A stretch of 64,000 nt of DNA from Anaerolineae bacterium (lineage in GTDB: Bacteria; Chloroflexota; Anaerolineae; B4-G1; SLSP01), in assembly GCA_016926915.1 (NCBI GenBank), contig JAFGNR010000040.1:230-64229 (forward strand). Reading direction: 5' to 3'. Below the pieces are notes generated by a model. The model saw only the letters and a program-made list of their open reading frames with translations, had not been told where the DNA came from and did no database searches. Positions 19,401-30,577 of the stretch are shown here, piece by piece (position 1 is the first letter of the stretch; every line of letters begins with the position of its first letter). The position numbers and the translations under genes were made by a program.

Positions 19401-20129
19401 TCAATAAGTAACCCCCATCAAGGTCAGGCCGCTTGCCGGTACCGCAGGCCCGGCTCGCCGGCGATCCCGCGTGCGCAAGATTTCCGCGAACGATGCCGTA
19501 TCGAGGTCGCCTCTCCCGACACGGAGCAAAGTCCCCACAAGCATACGCACCATACGGAAAAGAAAAGCATCCGCCTCGATATCGAAGCGCAACAGCTCCT
19601 CCTCCTCACGCCAATCGGCCCGGAAAACCTCTCGTATCGCGTTGTCTCCTTGCGGAGGAGAGCCAAACGCATAGAAGTCCTGTCGTCCGACCAACATCTG
19701 GGCCGCAGCCTGCATCTCCACAATGCTCAACGACCGGCTGACGTGCAGATAAAAGCGTTGGTAAAACGGGTGACGCGTGGCGCCCCGATAAATCCGGTAC
19801 CGGTACCAACGCCGGCGAGCATCGTAGCGCGGGTGGAATCCAGGCGCACTCTCCTGCAGATCCAGAATGGAAATCTGCGCTGGAAGCACAGCATTGAGAC
19901 CGCGCTGAAGGCCCTCCAGACTATGCCGCCACTCCAGATCAAAAGCGATCACTTGTCCCACCGCGTGAACACCGGCATCCGTGCGACCCGCAGCCAGGGT
20001 GCGAACGGATGCGCCGGCAAGTTGTGCCAACGCAGATTCCAGTTCCCCTTGAATGGTCGGAGCGTTCTTTTGAATCTGGTAGCCGCCATATCCTGTGCCA
20101 TCATACGCTACGACGGCCTTGACACGCAC
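19401..20129 (-). CDS. truA: tRNA pseudouridine(38-40) synthase
   Basis: YDGT.Y.G.Q, AGRTDAGVHA, FLFRMVR. Confidence 0.95.
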   Translation of the reverse strand: MRVKAVVAYDGTGYGGYQIQKNAPTIQGELESALAQLAGASVRTLAAGRTDAGVHAVGQVIAFDLEWRHSLEGLQRGLNAVLPAQISILDLQESAPGFHPRYDARRRWYRYRIYRGATRHPFYQRFYLHVSRSLSIVEMQAAAQMLVGRQDFYAFGSPPQGDNAIREVFRADWREEEELLRFDIEADAFLFRMVRMLVGTLLRVGRGDLDTASFAEILRTRDRRRAGPAVPASGLTLMGVTY

Positions 20130-20160
20130 GCCCCAGTCCTCCGGACCCGATTCAAACCGG

Positions 20161-20547
20161 CTATTCTTCTACCAGCTCTAAAAGTACCATGGACGCTGCG
20201 TCGCCCTTACGCAGGCCCAACTTCAACATGCGTGTATAACCGCCAGGTCGATCCATGTAACGAGGGGCGATTTCATCGAAAAGCTTCGTCACGATCTTGC
20301 GATCGTTCAACTTCGCCGCCGCAAGGCGTCGTGCATGTACACCTTTGGCAGGTTCTTCCTCTGCAGCTTGAAGACCCCGCTTCGCCTGAGTGATCATGCG
20401 TTCTGCCTGCGAACGGATGGCTTCGGCCTTCGCCCGCGTGGTTTGAATGCGCTCATAACGGAAAAGATCCGTCACAAGACTGCGACGCAACGCGGTGCGC
20501 TGCCCCGATGAGCGATGCAACTTTTTTCCAGCGACGCGATGTCGCAT
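20161..20547 (-). CDS. rplQ: 50S ribosomal protein L17
   Basis: MRHR, TTRAKA, RPGGYTR. Confidence 0.97.
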   Translation of the reverse strand: MRHRVAGKKLHRSSGQRTALRRSLVTDLFRYERIQTTRAKAEAIRSQAERMITQAKRGLQAAEEEPAKGVHARRLAAAKLNDRKIVTKLFDEIAPRYMDRPGGYTRMLKLGLRKGDAASMVLLELVEE

Positions 20548-20576
20548 TTCAACCTCCTCGATCAGGGAACAACAGC

Positions 20577-21557
20577 CTATTCGGCCTCATCCCCAGTGTC
20601 TTCTTCTGTGTCGTCTTCTTCTAAGAACCCCTTCAGTTCCAGCTGCTCGGCCAGTTCCTGAAGGGATTTTTCGCCGAAGTTACGGATAGCAAGCATCGCA
20701 TCCTTACCACGGCGCATCATTTCCAGAACCTCTCCGACATTGGAGATCCCGGTCCGTTTCAGAGCATTGTAGACGCGAACCCCTAGCCCCAAATCCTCGA
20801 TCGGCATCGCATAGGCCCGATGGGGGATCGCTTCGGCTTCCGGTTCTTCCACCACGGTTTCTGCGGCTTCGGGTTCGATCTCTGCACCGGCGATCAGATG
20901 CAGATGTTTGACCAGCACGCGCGCAGATTCCTTCAGTGCATCCAAAGGATCGACGCGACCATCGGTCCAGATCTCCATCACCAACCGGTCGTAATTGGTC
21001 AACTGCCCCACGCGCGCCTGGTCCACCTGATAGGCGACGCGGCGCACAGGACTAAAAATCGCATCGACGGGCAGCTGCCCAATCGGCAGTCTTCCACGAT
21101 CCTCTGAAGGCAGGTATCCCCGACCTTTCTCCACCGTGAATTCGAAATCCAGATGAACATCGCTGCCGTCCACGGTGAAGAGATAGAGATCAGGATTAAT
21201 GATCTCTATCTCAGGTGGGGCAATGATATCTCCTGCCGTTACCACACCTTCACCATCGACGCGCAATGTCATATACTGCGGGCCTTCCCCATCCATCATC
21301 AGACGGATTTGTTTGAGGCGCAGAATCATCTGGATGACGTCCTCGCGCACTCCGGGGATAGCCATAAACTCATGGGAAATATCCAATACCCGCATCGCGG
21401 TGATAGCCGCCCCTTCCAGCGAAGAAAGCAGCACGCGACGGAGAGAATTCCCCAGGGTTACCCCATATCCTCCCTCAAGCGGGCCGATAACATACCGGCC
21501 ATACTTCTGGGTATTGACATCAACCTCGACCTTTGGCAGAACTGGCGCTGCTAACAC
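20577..21557 (-). CDS. rpoA: RNA polymerase subunit alpha
   Basis: PLEGGYGVTLGNSLRRVLLSS, DAIFSPV, alpha-CTD IRNFGEKS; GTG start after AGGAGG. Confidence 0.96.
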   Translation of the reverse strand: MLAAPVLPKVEVDVNTQKYGRYVIGPLEGGYGVTLGNSLRRVLLSSLEGAAITAMRVLDISHEFMAIPGVREDVIQMILRLKQIRLMMDGEGPQYMTLRVDGEGVVTAGDIIAPPEIEIINPDLYLFTVDGSDVHLDFEFTVEKGRGYLPSEDRGRLPIGQLPVDAIFSPVRRVAYQVDQARVGQLTNYDRLVMEIWTDGRVDPLDALKESARVLVKHLHLIAGAEIEPEAAETVVEEPEAEAIPHRAYAMPIEDLGLGVRVYNALKRTGISNVGEVLEMMRRGKDAMLAIRNFGEKSLQELAEQLELKGFLEEDDTEEDTGDEAE

Positions 21558-21573
21558 GTCGCCTCCTGTCTGC

Positions 21574-22215
21574 TTAGCGTGAGTAGAACTCAACGATCAA
21601 CTGTTCCTGCACCGGCACATCAATCTCTTGACGGGTCGGCATCGCCAAAACACGGCCTTCCAGCTGCCCCTCATCCAGACCCAACCAGGCGGGAATAGCA
21701 CGTTTTCCCAACAGGTCGCGCCGCATCTTGAAATACTGGTTGCGCCGGCTCTCGGCACGCACCGCGATGACATCCCCGACGCGCGCGGCATAGGAAGGGA
21801 TATTGGTCTTGCGACCGTTCACCGTGAAATGACCATGCTGAACTAACTGGCGCGCCTGTGTCCGTGAATCGGCCAACCCGAGCCGGTAGACAACGTTATC
21901 CAACCGGGTCTCAAGCAACACCAACAGGTTCTCACCCGTCAGCCCAGCCCGACGTTCCGCGGCATGGAAGTAACGCCGGAACTGACGTTCAAGAACACCG
22001 TAGAGCCGCCGAACTTTCTGCTTCTCGCGGAGCTGAATCGTGTAGTTCGACGAAGTACGGCGCCCGCGGAAGGCAGCTTCACGACCATGTTGTCCGGGGG
22101 GATAAGAACGCTTCTCAAACGGGCATTTCTCCGAGTAGCACTTATCACCTTTCAAGAAAAGCTTCATTCCCTCACGCCGACAAAGCTTACAAGCAGGGCC
22201 TACATATCTAGCCAT
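21574..22215 (-). CDS. rpsD: 30S ribosomal protein S4 (Zn-ribbon type)
   Basis: [28 protein letters not shown]. Confidence 0.97.
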   Translation of the reverse strand: MARYVGPACKLCRREGMKLFLKGDKCYSEKCPFEKRSYPPGQHGREAAFRGRRTSSNYTIQLREKQKVRRLYGVLERQFRRYFHAAERRAGLTGENLLVLLETRLDNVVYRLGLADSRTQARQLVQHGHFTVNGRKTNIPSYAARVGDVIAVRAESRRNQYFKMRRDLLGKRAIPAWLGLDEGQLEGRVLAMPTRQEIDVPVQEQLIVEFYSR

Positions 22216-22233
22216 GCAATATCCTCCTGCAGA

Positions 22234-22641
22234 TCAGACTCGTCGCCGCTTTGGCGGACGACACCCGTTGTGAGGAATCGGGGTGACATCGACGATCGAC
22301 CGCACCCGCATTCCGCCAGCAGCGATGGCGCGTAGCGCGGCTTCGCGACCAGGGCCAGCTCCCTTAACAAAGACATCCACTTCGTGCATGCCATCTCCCG
22401 ACGTGGCTTCCAGCACAACCTTTTCCGCCGCAGTGCGGGCAGCAAAGGGCGTACTTTTGCGCGTCCCCTTGAAGCCAACCGCGCCCGCGCTGGACCAATG
22501 TAGAACATTACCGTCGGGGTCGGTTACTGTGACGATCGTGTTGTTGAACGTCGAATGAATATAGATATGTCCGCGAGGCACATTACGCTTCACACGACGC
22601 GTTGTCCTCACGCCCCGGCGACGAGATGTGGTTTTAGCCAT
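22234..22641 (-). CDS. rpsK: 30S ribosomal protein S11
   Basis: [35 protein letters not shown]. Confidence 0.97.
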   Translation of the reverse strand: MAKTTSRRRGVRTTRRVKRNVPRGHIYIHSTFNNTIVTVTDPDGNVLHWSSAGAVGFKGTRKSTPFAARTAAEKVVLEATSGDGMHEVDVFVKGAGPGREAALRAIAAGGMRVRSIVDVTPIPHNGCRPPKRRRV

Positions 22642-22691
22642 GAATCCTCCTCAGCAACTCTATCATAGCGTTTTCGGAATAGTTGAATGAC

Positions 22692-23081
22692 CTACTTCTT
22701 CTTCGCGCCACGCCGGCGACCGCGACCGGGCACCGTCTTGCGCGGCCCCCGCTTGGTCCGGGCGTTCGTGCGCGTGCGCTGACCCCGCACCGGGAGATTG
22801 CGCCGGTGGCGCAGCCCCCGATAGCTGCCGATTTCGATCAGGCGCTTGATATTCATCTGCACATCACGTCGCAGATCACCTTCCACGAGATAATCACGAT
22901 CGATCATCTCACGCAGCAGAGCCACTTCGCTCTCCGTCAGATCCTTGACGCGCGTATCGGGATTGACCCCCGTCTGCGCCAGGATCTCGTTGCTCGTCGA
23001 ACGCCCGATCCCGTAAATGTAAGTCAGCCCGATTTCCACACGCTTGTTGCGAGGCAAGTCAACGCCTGCGATACGTGCCAT
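22692..23081 (-). CDS. rpsM: 30S ribosomal protein S13
   Basis: [28 protein letters not shown]. Confidence 0.97.
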   Translation of the reverse strand: MARIAGVDLPRNKRVEIGLTYIYGIGRSTSNEILAQTGVNPDTRVKDLTESEVALLREMIDRDYLVEGDLRRDVQMNIKRLIEIGSYRGLRHRRNLPVRGQRTRTNARTKRGPRKTVPGRGRRRGAKKK

Positions 23082-23128
23082 TTGTCTCCTCCAAACTACC
23101 TATTCTTTGCTACAAATCCCAGCGCCGC

Positions 23129-23242
23129 CTAGCCCTGGCGCTGCTTATGCTTGGGATTCTCGCAAATCACGCGCACAACCCCACGTCGTCGAATGATCTT
23201 GCACTTCGGACAACGCCGCTTCACCGATGGTGACACCTTCAT
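23129..23242 (-). CDS. rpmJ: 50S ribosomal protein L36 (not in the ORF track)
   Basis: Hand translation [37 protein letters not shown]. Confidence 0.96.
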   Translation of the reverse strand: MKVSPSVKRRCPKCKIIRRRGVVRVICENPKHKQRQG

Positions 23243-23260
23243 GAGTTCTCTTGCTCCTCC

Positions 23261-24025
23261 CTACTTTAGCCGGGTAAAAATCTCCGGCGTTCCATCCATG
23301 ATCGCTACAGTATCCTCGAAATGGGCTGTGAGCGATCCATCAGCCGATACCACTGTCCAGTGATCACTCAGAACTCTCGTGCGCGACGTTCCCACAAGCA
23401 CCATCGGTTCGATGCAGAACGTCATGCCGGATTGTAAAGGAATCCCATGCCCCGCGTGACCGTAATTCAACACCTGCGGAGCTTCATGCAGATTCGCGCC
23501 AATGCCATGTCCGCTGTAGTGATGGGTCAAATAGAACCCTTGCGATTCGATATGGCGCTGCACTGCGCTCGAGACATCCCCCAGGCGCTTACCCACACGA
23601 GATTGAGCGATCCCGGCCTCTAAGGCTCCCTTGGTTACCGCTAGTAGACGCCGGGCATCCTGGGAAATTGCCCCCACTGCATACGTGCGGGCCGCGTCGC
23701 CATGATAGCCGTGATAGAAAGCCCCCACATCCACAGTGATGAGGTCGCCTTCCTCCAGAACGCGATCCCCAGGAATACCATGGACCAACTCCTCGTTGAC
23801 CGAAGCACAGATCGAAGCCGGGAAAGGCCGGGGGCTGTCAGGAGGGTACCCGAGAAACGAGGGGGTTGCCCCACGCCGACGAATCCAATCCTCGGCCAAC
23901 CGGTCAAGTTCAGCCGTCGTGATGCCCGGACGCAGGTGCTCTTCCAGCAAAGCGAGCACCTCCGCCACGATCTTCCCAGCCTCACGCATGGCCGCCAATG
24001 CCTCTGGGCGCTTGAGATTTACCAC
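23261..24025 (-). CDS. map: Methionine aminopeptidase type I
   Basis: CASVNEELVHGIP, YHGDAART, GHGIG..LHEAP, IEPM, AHFEDT. Confidence 0.95.
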   Translation of the reverse strand: MVNLKRPEALAAMREAGKIVAEVLALLEEHLRPGITTAELDRLAEDWIRRRGATPSFLGYPPDSPRPFPASICASVNEELVHGIPGDRVLEEGDLITVDVGAFYHGYHGDAARTYAVGAISQDARRLLAVTKGALEAGIAQSRVGKRLGDVSSAVQRHIESQGFYLTHHYSGHGIGANLHEAPQVLNYGHAGHGIPLQSGMTFCIEPMVLVGTSRTRVLSDHWTVVSADGSLTAHFEDTVAIMDGTPEIFTRLK

Positions 24026-24114
24026 AACCTCGCTCCAGTCAACGAAACCGTACAACTTTGAAAAGTGCTCGGGACGCCATAGAGCGTCTCTGTGCCCGGC
24101 GACCCGAATATAAC

Positions 24115-24142
24115 ATCATACCCGATTTTGCGTTTTTCACAA
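24115..24142 (-). promoter_or_regulatory. Internal promoter upstream of map
   Basis: - strand TTGTGA-16 bp-TATGAT in the secY-map gap. Confidence 0.45.
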
Positions 24143-24158
24143 GGCCAGCACACCCGTG

Positions 24159-25457
24159 CTACTGCAGGAATCCCTCGTAGTGACGCATCAGCAGCTGCGC
24201 CTCCAACTGGCGCATCGTATCGACGACCGTTCCCACCACAATCAGCAAGCCGGAACTGGCGATCAACATGACGTTGGATTGCAGGAATTGCAGATACCCG
24301 ATCAGGTAAGGCAGCACAGCCACGACACCCAGGAAAAGCGCCCCCGCCAGTGTAATACGCCGGTAGATGTTGTTGATGAACTCCTCGGTCTTCTTTCCCG
24401 GACGTACACCCGGAATGAAGCCCCCCTGCCGCTGCAACGTCTCGGGTAAGTTCTGTTGCTGCACCATGACATCGGTATAGAAGTAGGTGAATCCCACAAC
24501 CATCACAAAGTACAATAGCGCATACCAGGGACTATTGCTGCTGAAGAAGGCTACGATGCCACTGGCGAGATTCTCCTGCCCCGGTTTCACGAAAAACTGC
24601 GCGATCACGGCCGGGAACGTCAAGAATGACTGGGCGAAGATGAGTGGGATCATGCCGGCGGTATTCACCTTCAACGGAATGTAAGTGCTCCCGCCGCCAT
24701 AGACCTTCATCCCCCGCACGCGCTTGCCGTATTGCACCTTGATCCGGCGTTCACCTTCTTGCACGAAAACGATAAACAGCACCGTGACCACCGTCAGCAC
24801 CAGGAAGATCACGACGCCCAACACTTTATCGGTCTCCCATAGTTGCACCAGATTGCGCGGCAGACGCGCCACGATACCCCCGAAGATGATCAGGGACAAC
24901 CCGTTACCGATACCCTGTTCGGTGATGAGCTCGCCTAACCAGACTGCAAACATCGTGCCGGCAGTCATGGTGAACAGGATAGAGATTGTGGACAAGATTT
25001 GTCCTTGTTGAAAACCGAAGTTCGGCAGAATGTTGGCCTGCACCGATAGGGATTGGGCCAGACCGAACGAGTAGAGCAATCCCAACGGGACAGTCAGGAA
25101 AAAGGTCCACTGGTTCTGTTTGCGCTGTCCCGCTTCCCCTTCCTCCCGCAACTTCTGTTCCAGGCTGGGGAAAATTGGGACTAATAGCTGGATAACGATA
25201 GAAGCGGTCACGTACGGCGAAACACTTGCCGCCAGGACGGAGAAGTTAGCGATGGCTCCCCCCGAAAGCATGTCGATCAAATTGATCAACTGCCCGGTTG
25301 CCGAACCCCCGGTCAACAACTGCTCGAGGGCCACGCGATCCACCCCCGGCACCGGGATATTCGATGCCAGACGGAAAATCACAAGGATCAACCCCGTATA
25401 GAGCAGCCGTCTCCGTAAGTCAGGCAGTCTCAGAGCGTTACGCAAAGCCTCAATCAT
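24159..25457 (-). CDS. secY: Preprotein translocase SecY
   Basis: PY.TASI, WLGELITEQGIGNG.SLIIF, GGFIPGVRPG, YEGF. Confidence 0.97.
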   Translation of the reverse strand: MIEALRNALRLPDLRRRLLYTGLILVIFRLASNIPVPGVDRVALEQLLTGGSATGQLINLIDMLSGGAIANFSVLAASVSPYVTASIVIQLLVPIFPSLEQKLREEGEAGQRKQNQWTFFLTVPLGLLYSFGLAQSLSVQANILPNFGFQQGQILSTISILFTMTAGTMFAVWLGELITEQGIGNGLSLIIFGGIVARLPRNLVQLWETDKVLGVVIFLVLTVVTVLFIVFVQEGERRIKVQYGKRVRGMKVYGGGSTYIPLKVNTAGMIPLIFAQSFLTFPAVIAQFFVKPGQENLASGIVAFFSSNSPWYALLYFVMVVGFTYFYTDVMVQQQNLPETLQRQGGFIPGVRPGKKTEEFINNIYRRITLAGALFLGVVAVLPYLIGYLQFLQSNVMLIASSGLLIVVGTVVDTMRQLEAQLLMRHYEGFLQ

Positions 25458-25483
25458 GGTATTGCCTCCGTGAGCAAATTAGG

Positions 25484-25966
25484 TTAGCGCGTACGATACC
25501 CACCACGCTGCCAGGGCAGCAGTTCCACAGTCCCACCGGCGGCCTCGATCTTCATGCGTGCACTCGCCGAGACCCGCTGAGCCTTGACCGTGTAAGGGTG
25601 ATCGACTTCACCCTGTCCCAAGACAGCCACCAGATCGGTAGCATGTTTGATCAACCCGCGCTCAGCCAATGTTTCCGGAGAGATCTCATCCCCTGATTCG
25701 AAGTACTTCGCCAGTTTCTCAAGATTGACCGGCTGAAACTCAACTTTCCAGGGATTGAAGAAATTGTAACCACGGGCGAAGGGGAGTTTCCGTACCAGGG
25801 GCAGCTGACCACCCTCGAAGTACGGGCGCACACCACCGCCACTGCGCGCGTTCTGGCCCTTGGTGCCCCGTCCGGCAGTCTTACCCTGCCCAGCAGCAAT
25901 ACCCCGGCCTACCCGCCGTTTGCGCTTCTTTGACCCCTCAGAGGGGTGCAAATCATGTAGTTTCAT
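25484..25966 (-). CDS. rplO: 50S ribosomal protein L15
   Basis: RVGRG...GKTAGRGTKGQ.AR, FEGGQ.PL. Confidence 0.97.
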   Translation of the reverse strand: MKLHDLHPSEGSKKRKRRVGRGIAAGQGKTAGRGTKGQNARSGGGVRPYFEGGQLPLVRKLPFARGYNFFNPWKVEFQPVNLEKLAKYFESGDEISPETLAERGLIKHATDLVAVLGQGEVDHPYTVKAQRVSASARMKIEAAGGTVELLPWQRGGYRTR

Positions 25967-25984
25967 CCTAACCTCCACAACCCG

Positions 25985-26191
25985 CTATGCCTCGTCGGCG
26001 CCAGCACTCTCAATCGGTTCAACCTGAACGAGATGTGCGATACTGGCTACCATGCCGCGCACGGCAGGATTATCAGGTCGCAGCACGACCTGGTGCATTT
26101 TCCGTAGTCCCAACGCTTTGGCCGTAGCCTTTTGTCGCACGGAGTAACCAATCGGGCTGCGGACCAGCTTAATCCGCAACATCTTTGCCAT
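25985..26191 (-). CDS. rpmD: 50S ribosomal protein L30
   Basis: LVRSPIG, ALGLRK, RGM. Confidence 0.95.
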   Translation of the reverse strand: MAKMLRIKLVRSPIGYSVRQKATAKALGLRKMHQVVLRPDNPAVRGMVASIAHLVQVEPIESAGADEA

Positions 26192-26730
26192 CAGGCCTTC
26201 CTCCTTCGCCAGAACGGCATCACGTGCGCTTCGGCGACGCCACGATCGGCAGCGACGTCCTCAACCCGGCGCAGAGAACGCAACGCCGTTATCGTCGCTT
26301 GCACCACATTGACCTTCGTGGCGCTCCCCAGTGATTTCGTGAGCACGTCACGAATGCCGGCGGCTTCCAGAACAGGACGCACTGCGCCACCTGCGATCAC
26401 GCCGGTGCCGGGTGTTGCCGGCAATAGCAACACGCGAGCCCCACCACAACGTCCCGTGACCTCATGGGGAACCGTCGTCCCTTCCAGAGCAATGGGCGCC
26501 ATATCCCGGCGCGCCCGCTCGGTCGCTTTGCCGATCGCTTCGGGGACACGGGGCGCTTTGCCAATCCCGATCCCTACCTGGCCTTTGTTGTCGCCCACGA
26601 TCGCCACAACGCGGAAGTGAAACGTGCGGCCACCCTTGACCACTTTGGCGACGCGCGCAATATCTACTACGCGCTCGTCCAGTTCTTCTTCCATACCTTC
26701 TTCTTTTCTTCGACGATCTCGTCGCTCCAT
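26191..26730 (-). CDS. rpsE: 30S ribosomal protein S5
   Basis: [19 protein letters not shown]. Confidence 0.97.
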   Translation of the reverse strand: MERRDRRRKEEGMEEELDERVVDIARVAKVVKGGRTFHFRVVAIVGDNKGQVGIGIGKAPRVPEAIGKATERARRDMAPIALEGTTVPHEVTGRCGGARVLLLPATPGTGVIAGGAVRPVLEAAGIRDVLTKSLGSATKVNVVQATITALRSLRRVEDVAADRGVAEAHVMPFWRRRKA

Positions 26731-26768
26731 TGTTCCTCCTGCCGACCTGAACTAGGCACAGGTGCGCA

Positions 26769-27137
26769 TTAGAAATCCAGGCCCGCCTCACGCGCAGCGT
26801 CGGCAAAGGCCTTGACGCGACCGTGATACTTGTACCCGGCGCGATCGAACACTACCATCTTGATACCCTGTTGCAGAGCCCGCTCTGCCAGGACACGCCC
26901 AACGATTTTCGCCTGTTCCGTTTTGTTCTTGTCCGCGACCTGATCACGAATCCCCTGATCAATGGTTGATGCAGAGGCCAGCGTATGTCCGACGCTGTCA
27001 TCGATGATTTGAGCATAGAAATGATGCAGACTTCGATACACATTCAGGCGTGGACGTTCTGTCGTGCCCTCCAGCTTGCGGCGGATATGCGCACGACGGC
27101 GTTCGCGGGCTTTTCGACGATCAACTTCTGGTTTCAT
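26769..27137 (-). CDS. rplR: 50S ribosomal protein L18
   Basis: [20 protein letters not shown]. Confidence 0.97.
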   Translation of the reverse strand: MKPEVDRRKARERRRAHIRRKLEGTTERPRLNVYRSLHHFYAQIIDDSVGHTLASASTIDQGIRDQVADKNKTEQAKIVGRVLAERALQQGIKMVVFDRAGYKYHGRVKAFADAAREAGLDF

Positions 27138-27173
27138 TTTTCTCTATCACCCTCAGTTCCACGCAAGTATTGA

Positions 27174-27719
27174 CTAACCGGCCTTACCAGCCTTGCCCGC
27201 CTTGCGGCGAACCAGCTCACCGGCGTAACGAATGCCCTTGCCCAGATAAGGCTCTACAGGACGCCACCCGCGGATCTCAGCAGCCACCTGCCCGACCACC
27301 TGCTTGTCGATACCTTCCACTGTGATCGTGTTAGCACGTGGATTCACGTTGAAAATCACGTCTTTTGGCGGCTCCATAACCACCGGGTGTGAATACCCCA
27401 GGTTCATCACCAAGTTCTTGCCTTGCAACTCAGCGCGGTAGCCGGTTCCATGGATTTCCAACGTGATACTATACCCTTGGGTCACGCCAATCACCATGTT
27501 ATTGAGCAACGCCCGCGTCAGACCATGCAAGGCGCGGAACTGACGGGAATCGCTAGGGCGTTCTACCCGAACCACACCATCCTGGACCGCAATAGACATT
27601 TCGGGATGGAACTCATACATAAGCTCCCCCTTGGGACCGCGCACGGTCACACAGCTTCCAGCGATCTCTACCGCGACCCCCGCAGGAATCGAAATCGGCA
27701 TTTTTCCAATACGTGACAC
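27174..27719 (-). CDS. rplF: 50S ribosomal protein L6
   Basis: SRIGK.PI, LGYSHP, EPY.GKGIRY. Confidence 0.97.
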   Translation of the reverse strand: MSRIGKMPISIPAGVAVEIAGSCVTVRGPKGELMYEFHPEMSIAVQDGVVRVERPSDSRQFRALHGLTRALLNNMVIGVTQGYSITLEIHGTGYRAELQGKNLVMNLGYSHPVVMEPPKDVIFNVNPRANTITVEGIDKQVVGQVAAEIRGWRPVEPYLGKGIRYAGELVRRKAGKAGKAG

Positions 27720-27743
27720 ACTACACCTCCTGGCGCTCTCGTG

Positions 27744-28148
27744 CTACCACACGTAGCAGATGATCTCGCCGCCCACATTGAGACGACGCGCCTGCTGGCC
27801 AGTGAGGACGCCTTTAGGCGTGGAGAGAATCGCGATCCCCATACCACTGCGCACCCAAGGAATCTCCCCGGCCGGCGTGTACACGCGCCGACCCGGTTTA
27901 CTCACCCGCTTCAGGCCCGAGATAACCGGGCGCTGATGCTTGATATCCTTGCCCACGTATTTCAGGCGAATGATCAGCGTCGGCTGCGGCTTCTCGTCCG
28001 TAACCCGGTAGTCGTCGATGTAACCTTCCTCTCTCAAGATGCGGGCCAAAGCGACTTTGATCTTGGATGAGGGCATCGAGACGGTTTCATGCCGCACCAT
28101 CAAAGCATTGCGGATTCGCGTCAGCATATCAGCAATAGGGTCTGTCAT
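27744..28148 (-). CDS. rpsH: 30S ribosomal protein S8
   Basis: [32 protein letters not shown]. Confidence 0.97.
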   Translation of the reverse strand: MTDPIADMLTRIRNALMVRHETVSMPSSKIKVALARILREEGYIDDYRVTDEKPQPTLIIRLKYVGKDIKHQRPVISGLKRVSKPGRRVYTPAGEIPWVRSGMGIAILSTPKGVLTGQQARRLNVGGEIICYVW

Positions 28149-28161
28149 ACCTACAACTCCC

Positions 28162-28344
28162 TCACCAACTCGACTTAACCATGCCAGGGATCTTTCCTTC
28201 GAGCGCCAACTCGCGAAGACAGATCCGGCACAGACCAAAGCGACGGTAGTACGCTCGGGGACGACCACACCGGCTACAGCGGTTGCGAACCCGAACCTTG
28301 TATTTGCGCCGCGTTTCACGAATGGGCATTGATGTCTTTGCCAT
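28162..28344 (-). CDS. rpsN: 30S ribosomal protein S14 (Zn-binding type Z)
   Basis: [16 protein letters not shown]. Confidence 0.96.
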   Translation of the reverse strand: MAKTSMPIRETRRKYKVRVRNRCSRCGRPRAYYRRFGLCRICLRELALEGKIPGMVKSSW

Positions 28345-28364
28345 AAAAGTCTACCTCCCCTGCT

Positions 28365-28904
28365 TTATGAACGATGGAAGGGCATGCCCAACAGCTCCAA
28401 CAACCTGCGGCCTTCCTCATCCGTTTGCGCCGTCGTATTGATGGAGATCTCAAATCCGCGGATCCTATCGATCATATCGTAGTCGATCTCTGGGAAAATG
28501 AGCTGTTCACGAATGCCCAACGTGTAGTTGCCGTGCCCATCGAACTTGTCGGGCACCCCCCGAAAGTCGCGGGTTCGGGGCAACGCAACGTTCATCAGGC
28601 GATCCAAGAACGCCCACATTCGTTCACCCCGCAGAGTAACCTTCACGCCAATCGGCCGCCCCTCTCGCAACTTGAACGCCGCAACGGACTTGCGCGCTTT
28701 CGTCACTACAGGCGCTTGTCCCGTAACCGTCTTTAGATCACGCACAGCGTTCTCCATCGACTTGGGATTATCCATAGCTTCGCCCATTCCGATGTTCAAA
28801 ACGACCTTGCGAATGCGTGGCACCTGCATAACATTGCCGTATTCGAATTCTTTCATCAAGACCGGAACGATCTCATCCTGGTAACGCTTCTTTAGTTCTG
28901 GCAT
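28365..28904 (-). CDS. rplE: 50S ribosomal protein L5
   Basis: [24 protein letters not shown]. Confidence 0.97.
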   Translation of the reverse strand: MPELKKRYQDEIVPVLMKEFEYGNVMQVPRIRKVVLNIGMGEAMDNPKSMENAVRDLKTVTGQAPVVTKARKSVAAFKLREGRPIGVKVTLRGERMWAFLDRLMNVALPRTRDFRGVPDKFDGHGNYTLGIREQLIFPEIDYDMIDRIRGFEISINTTAQTDEEGRRLLELLGMPFHRS

Positions 28905-28916
28905 GCTTCATACTCC

Positions 28917-29240
28917 TCAGTCAATTGCTTCGCCGCACTTCCGGCAGATACGCACTTTACCACCATCATCAGCAACCTGGTAACCTACGCGCGTCGCAGC
29001 CTTGCATCGTGGGCAGACCAACATGACATTAGAAATATGAACCGGCGCCTCGAACTGAATCCGCCCGGCCTGCGTTTGCGAACGCCCGGCACGGACCGGC
29101 TTCTGGTGCTTTGTGACAATGTTGACCTTGGAGACCACAACCCGATTCTCCTTCGGCAACACACGCAGCACGATGTTGCGCGCACCGCGATCATCTCCGG
29201 CGATAACCTCGACCGTATCACCCTTTTTGATCCGATTCAT
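28917..29240 (-). CDS. rplX: 50S ribosomal protein L24
   Basis: IKKGDTV.VIAG, EAPVHISNV. Confidence 0.96.
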   Translation of the reverse strand: MNRIKKGDTVEVIAGDDRGARNIVLRVLPKENRVVVSKVNIVTKHQKPVRAGRSQTQAGRIQFEAPVHISNVMLVCPRCKAATRVGYQVADDGGKVRICRKCGEAID

Positions 29241-29260
29241 CTTCCTCACCTCGCCACCGG

Positions 29261-29632
29261 TTAAAGCACTTCCGGCGCCAGAGATACGATTTTCATAAAG
29301 CCTTTTTCACGCAGTTCCCTGGCCACAGGCCCAAAGATACGAGTGCCCCGAGGATTGGTGCCGGAACTATCCAGAATCACAGCAGCATTCTCGTCAAAGC
29401 GGATGTAAGACCCGTCAGAACGACGGTATTCCTTGGCCACGCGCACGATAACGGCGCGTACGACCTCACCCTTCTTGACCGAAGCCGTCGGCGTTGCCGA
29501 CTTCACCGTGGCCACAATCGTATCTCCGATATACCCATACTTCCGTCTGGAACCACCCATCACTTGAATGCAAAGGATTTCCTGAGCTCCGGTATTGTCC
29601 GCAATCTTAAGGCGCGTTTCACTCTGGATCAT
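29261..29632 (-). CDS. rplN: 50S ribosomal protein L14
   Basis: [26 protein letters not shown]. Confidence 0.97.
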   Translation of the reverse strand: MIQSETRLKIADNTGAQEILCIQVMGGSRRKYGYIGDTIVATVKSATPTASVKKGEVVRAVIVRVAKEYRRSDGSYIRFDENAAVILDSSGTNPRGTRIFGPVARELREKGFMKIVSLAPEVL

Positions 29633-29642
29633 CGTCGCCTCC

Positions 29643-29894
29643 TTATGCAGCCCGTTCCAGAATTTCTTCGACAACCCAGCGCTTGTGGCGGCTCAACGGG
29701 CGGGACTCTATAATCCTCACACGATCACCCACGCGACAAGCATTCTCTTCATCGTGGGCCATATACTTCTTGGCCGACTTCACCACTTTCTTGTACAGTG
29801 GATGACGATACTTGCGCTCCACCCGGACCACGACAGTTTTCTGCATCTTGTCGCTGGTCACCAAACCGACCAAATTTCTGCGACGTTCTTTCAT
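29643..29894 (-). CDS. rpsQ: 30S ribosomal protein S17
   Basis: [25 protein letters not shown]. Confidence 0.97.
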   Translation of the reverse strand: MKERRRNLVGLVTSDKMQKTVVVRVERKYRHPLYKKVVKSAKKYMAHDEENACRVGDRVRIIESRPLSRHKRWVVEEILERAA

Positions 29895-30124
29895 GCCGCG
29901 CCTCCTTCAGTCGACGATGCGTCTTCATTCTCGGTCAGCAGCTCGCGCTCACGCAGGACCGTCAAAATGCGGGCAATATCCCGACGCACATGCCTGATGC
30001 GATTGACATCCTCCAGGCTACCCGCATACCACTGCTGGCGAAGGTTGAACAACTCGCGCCGGGTTTCCTGCAAGCGATTTTTCAACTTATCGGAAGTCAG
30101 ATCTCGCAATTCACTTGCCTGCAT
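29891..30124 (-). CDS. rpmC: 50S ribosomal protein L29
   Basis: [18 protein letters not shown]. Confidence 0.95.
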   Translation of the reverse strand: MQASELRDLTSDKLKNRLQETRRELFNLRQQWYAGSLEDVNRIRHVRRDIARILTVLRERELLTENEDASSTEGGAA

Positions 30125-30127
30125 TGT

Positions 30128-30559
30128 CTATTCTCCTGCCGTCTCACCCGGCTCCAGGCGAGCAATAACCTGAGTCCTGATGGGTAGCTTGTGGGCAGCC
30201 AGTCGCAGTGCTTCGTGAGCGACGTCATCCGGCACACCCCCGACCTCAAACAAGACACGCCCGGGCAGCACGACGGCTACCCATTGATCTACAGAGCCTT
30301 TCCCTTTACCCATGCGGGTTTCCGCAGGTTTGGCCGTAATCGGCTTATCAGGAAAGATTCGAATCCAATACTTGCCACGACGCCGCATGTGGCGTACGAT
30401 GGCGCGACGCGCAGCTTCGATTTGACGGGCCGTTACCCACGAAGGCTCCAGGGCCTGCAGGCCGATATCACCGAACACGACCTCTGCCCCCCGGTAAGCC
30501 TTGCCCTTCAGGCGCCCACGATGTTGCTTGCGGTGTTTGACCCGCTTGGGCATCAACAT
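30128..30559 (-). CDS. rplP: 50S ribosomal protein L16
   Basis: [27 protein letters not shown]. Confidence 0.97.
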   Translation of the reverse strand: MLMPKRVKHRKQHRGRLKGKAYRGAEVVFGDIGLQALEPSWVTARQIEAARRAIVRHMRRRGKYWIRIFPDKPITAKPAETRMGKGKGSVDQWVAVVLPGRVLFEVGGVPDDVAHEALRLAAHKLPIRTQVIARLEPGETAGE

Positions 30560-30577
30560 GGCATCCTCCTAATAACT

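Noticed and set aside
18834..20393. 519-aa + strand ORF antisense to rplM-truA-rplQ
   Set aside because: No recognisable motifs; fully overlaps bona fide - strand genes; long antisense frames are expected at this GC content
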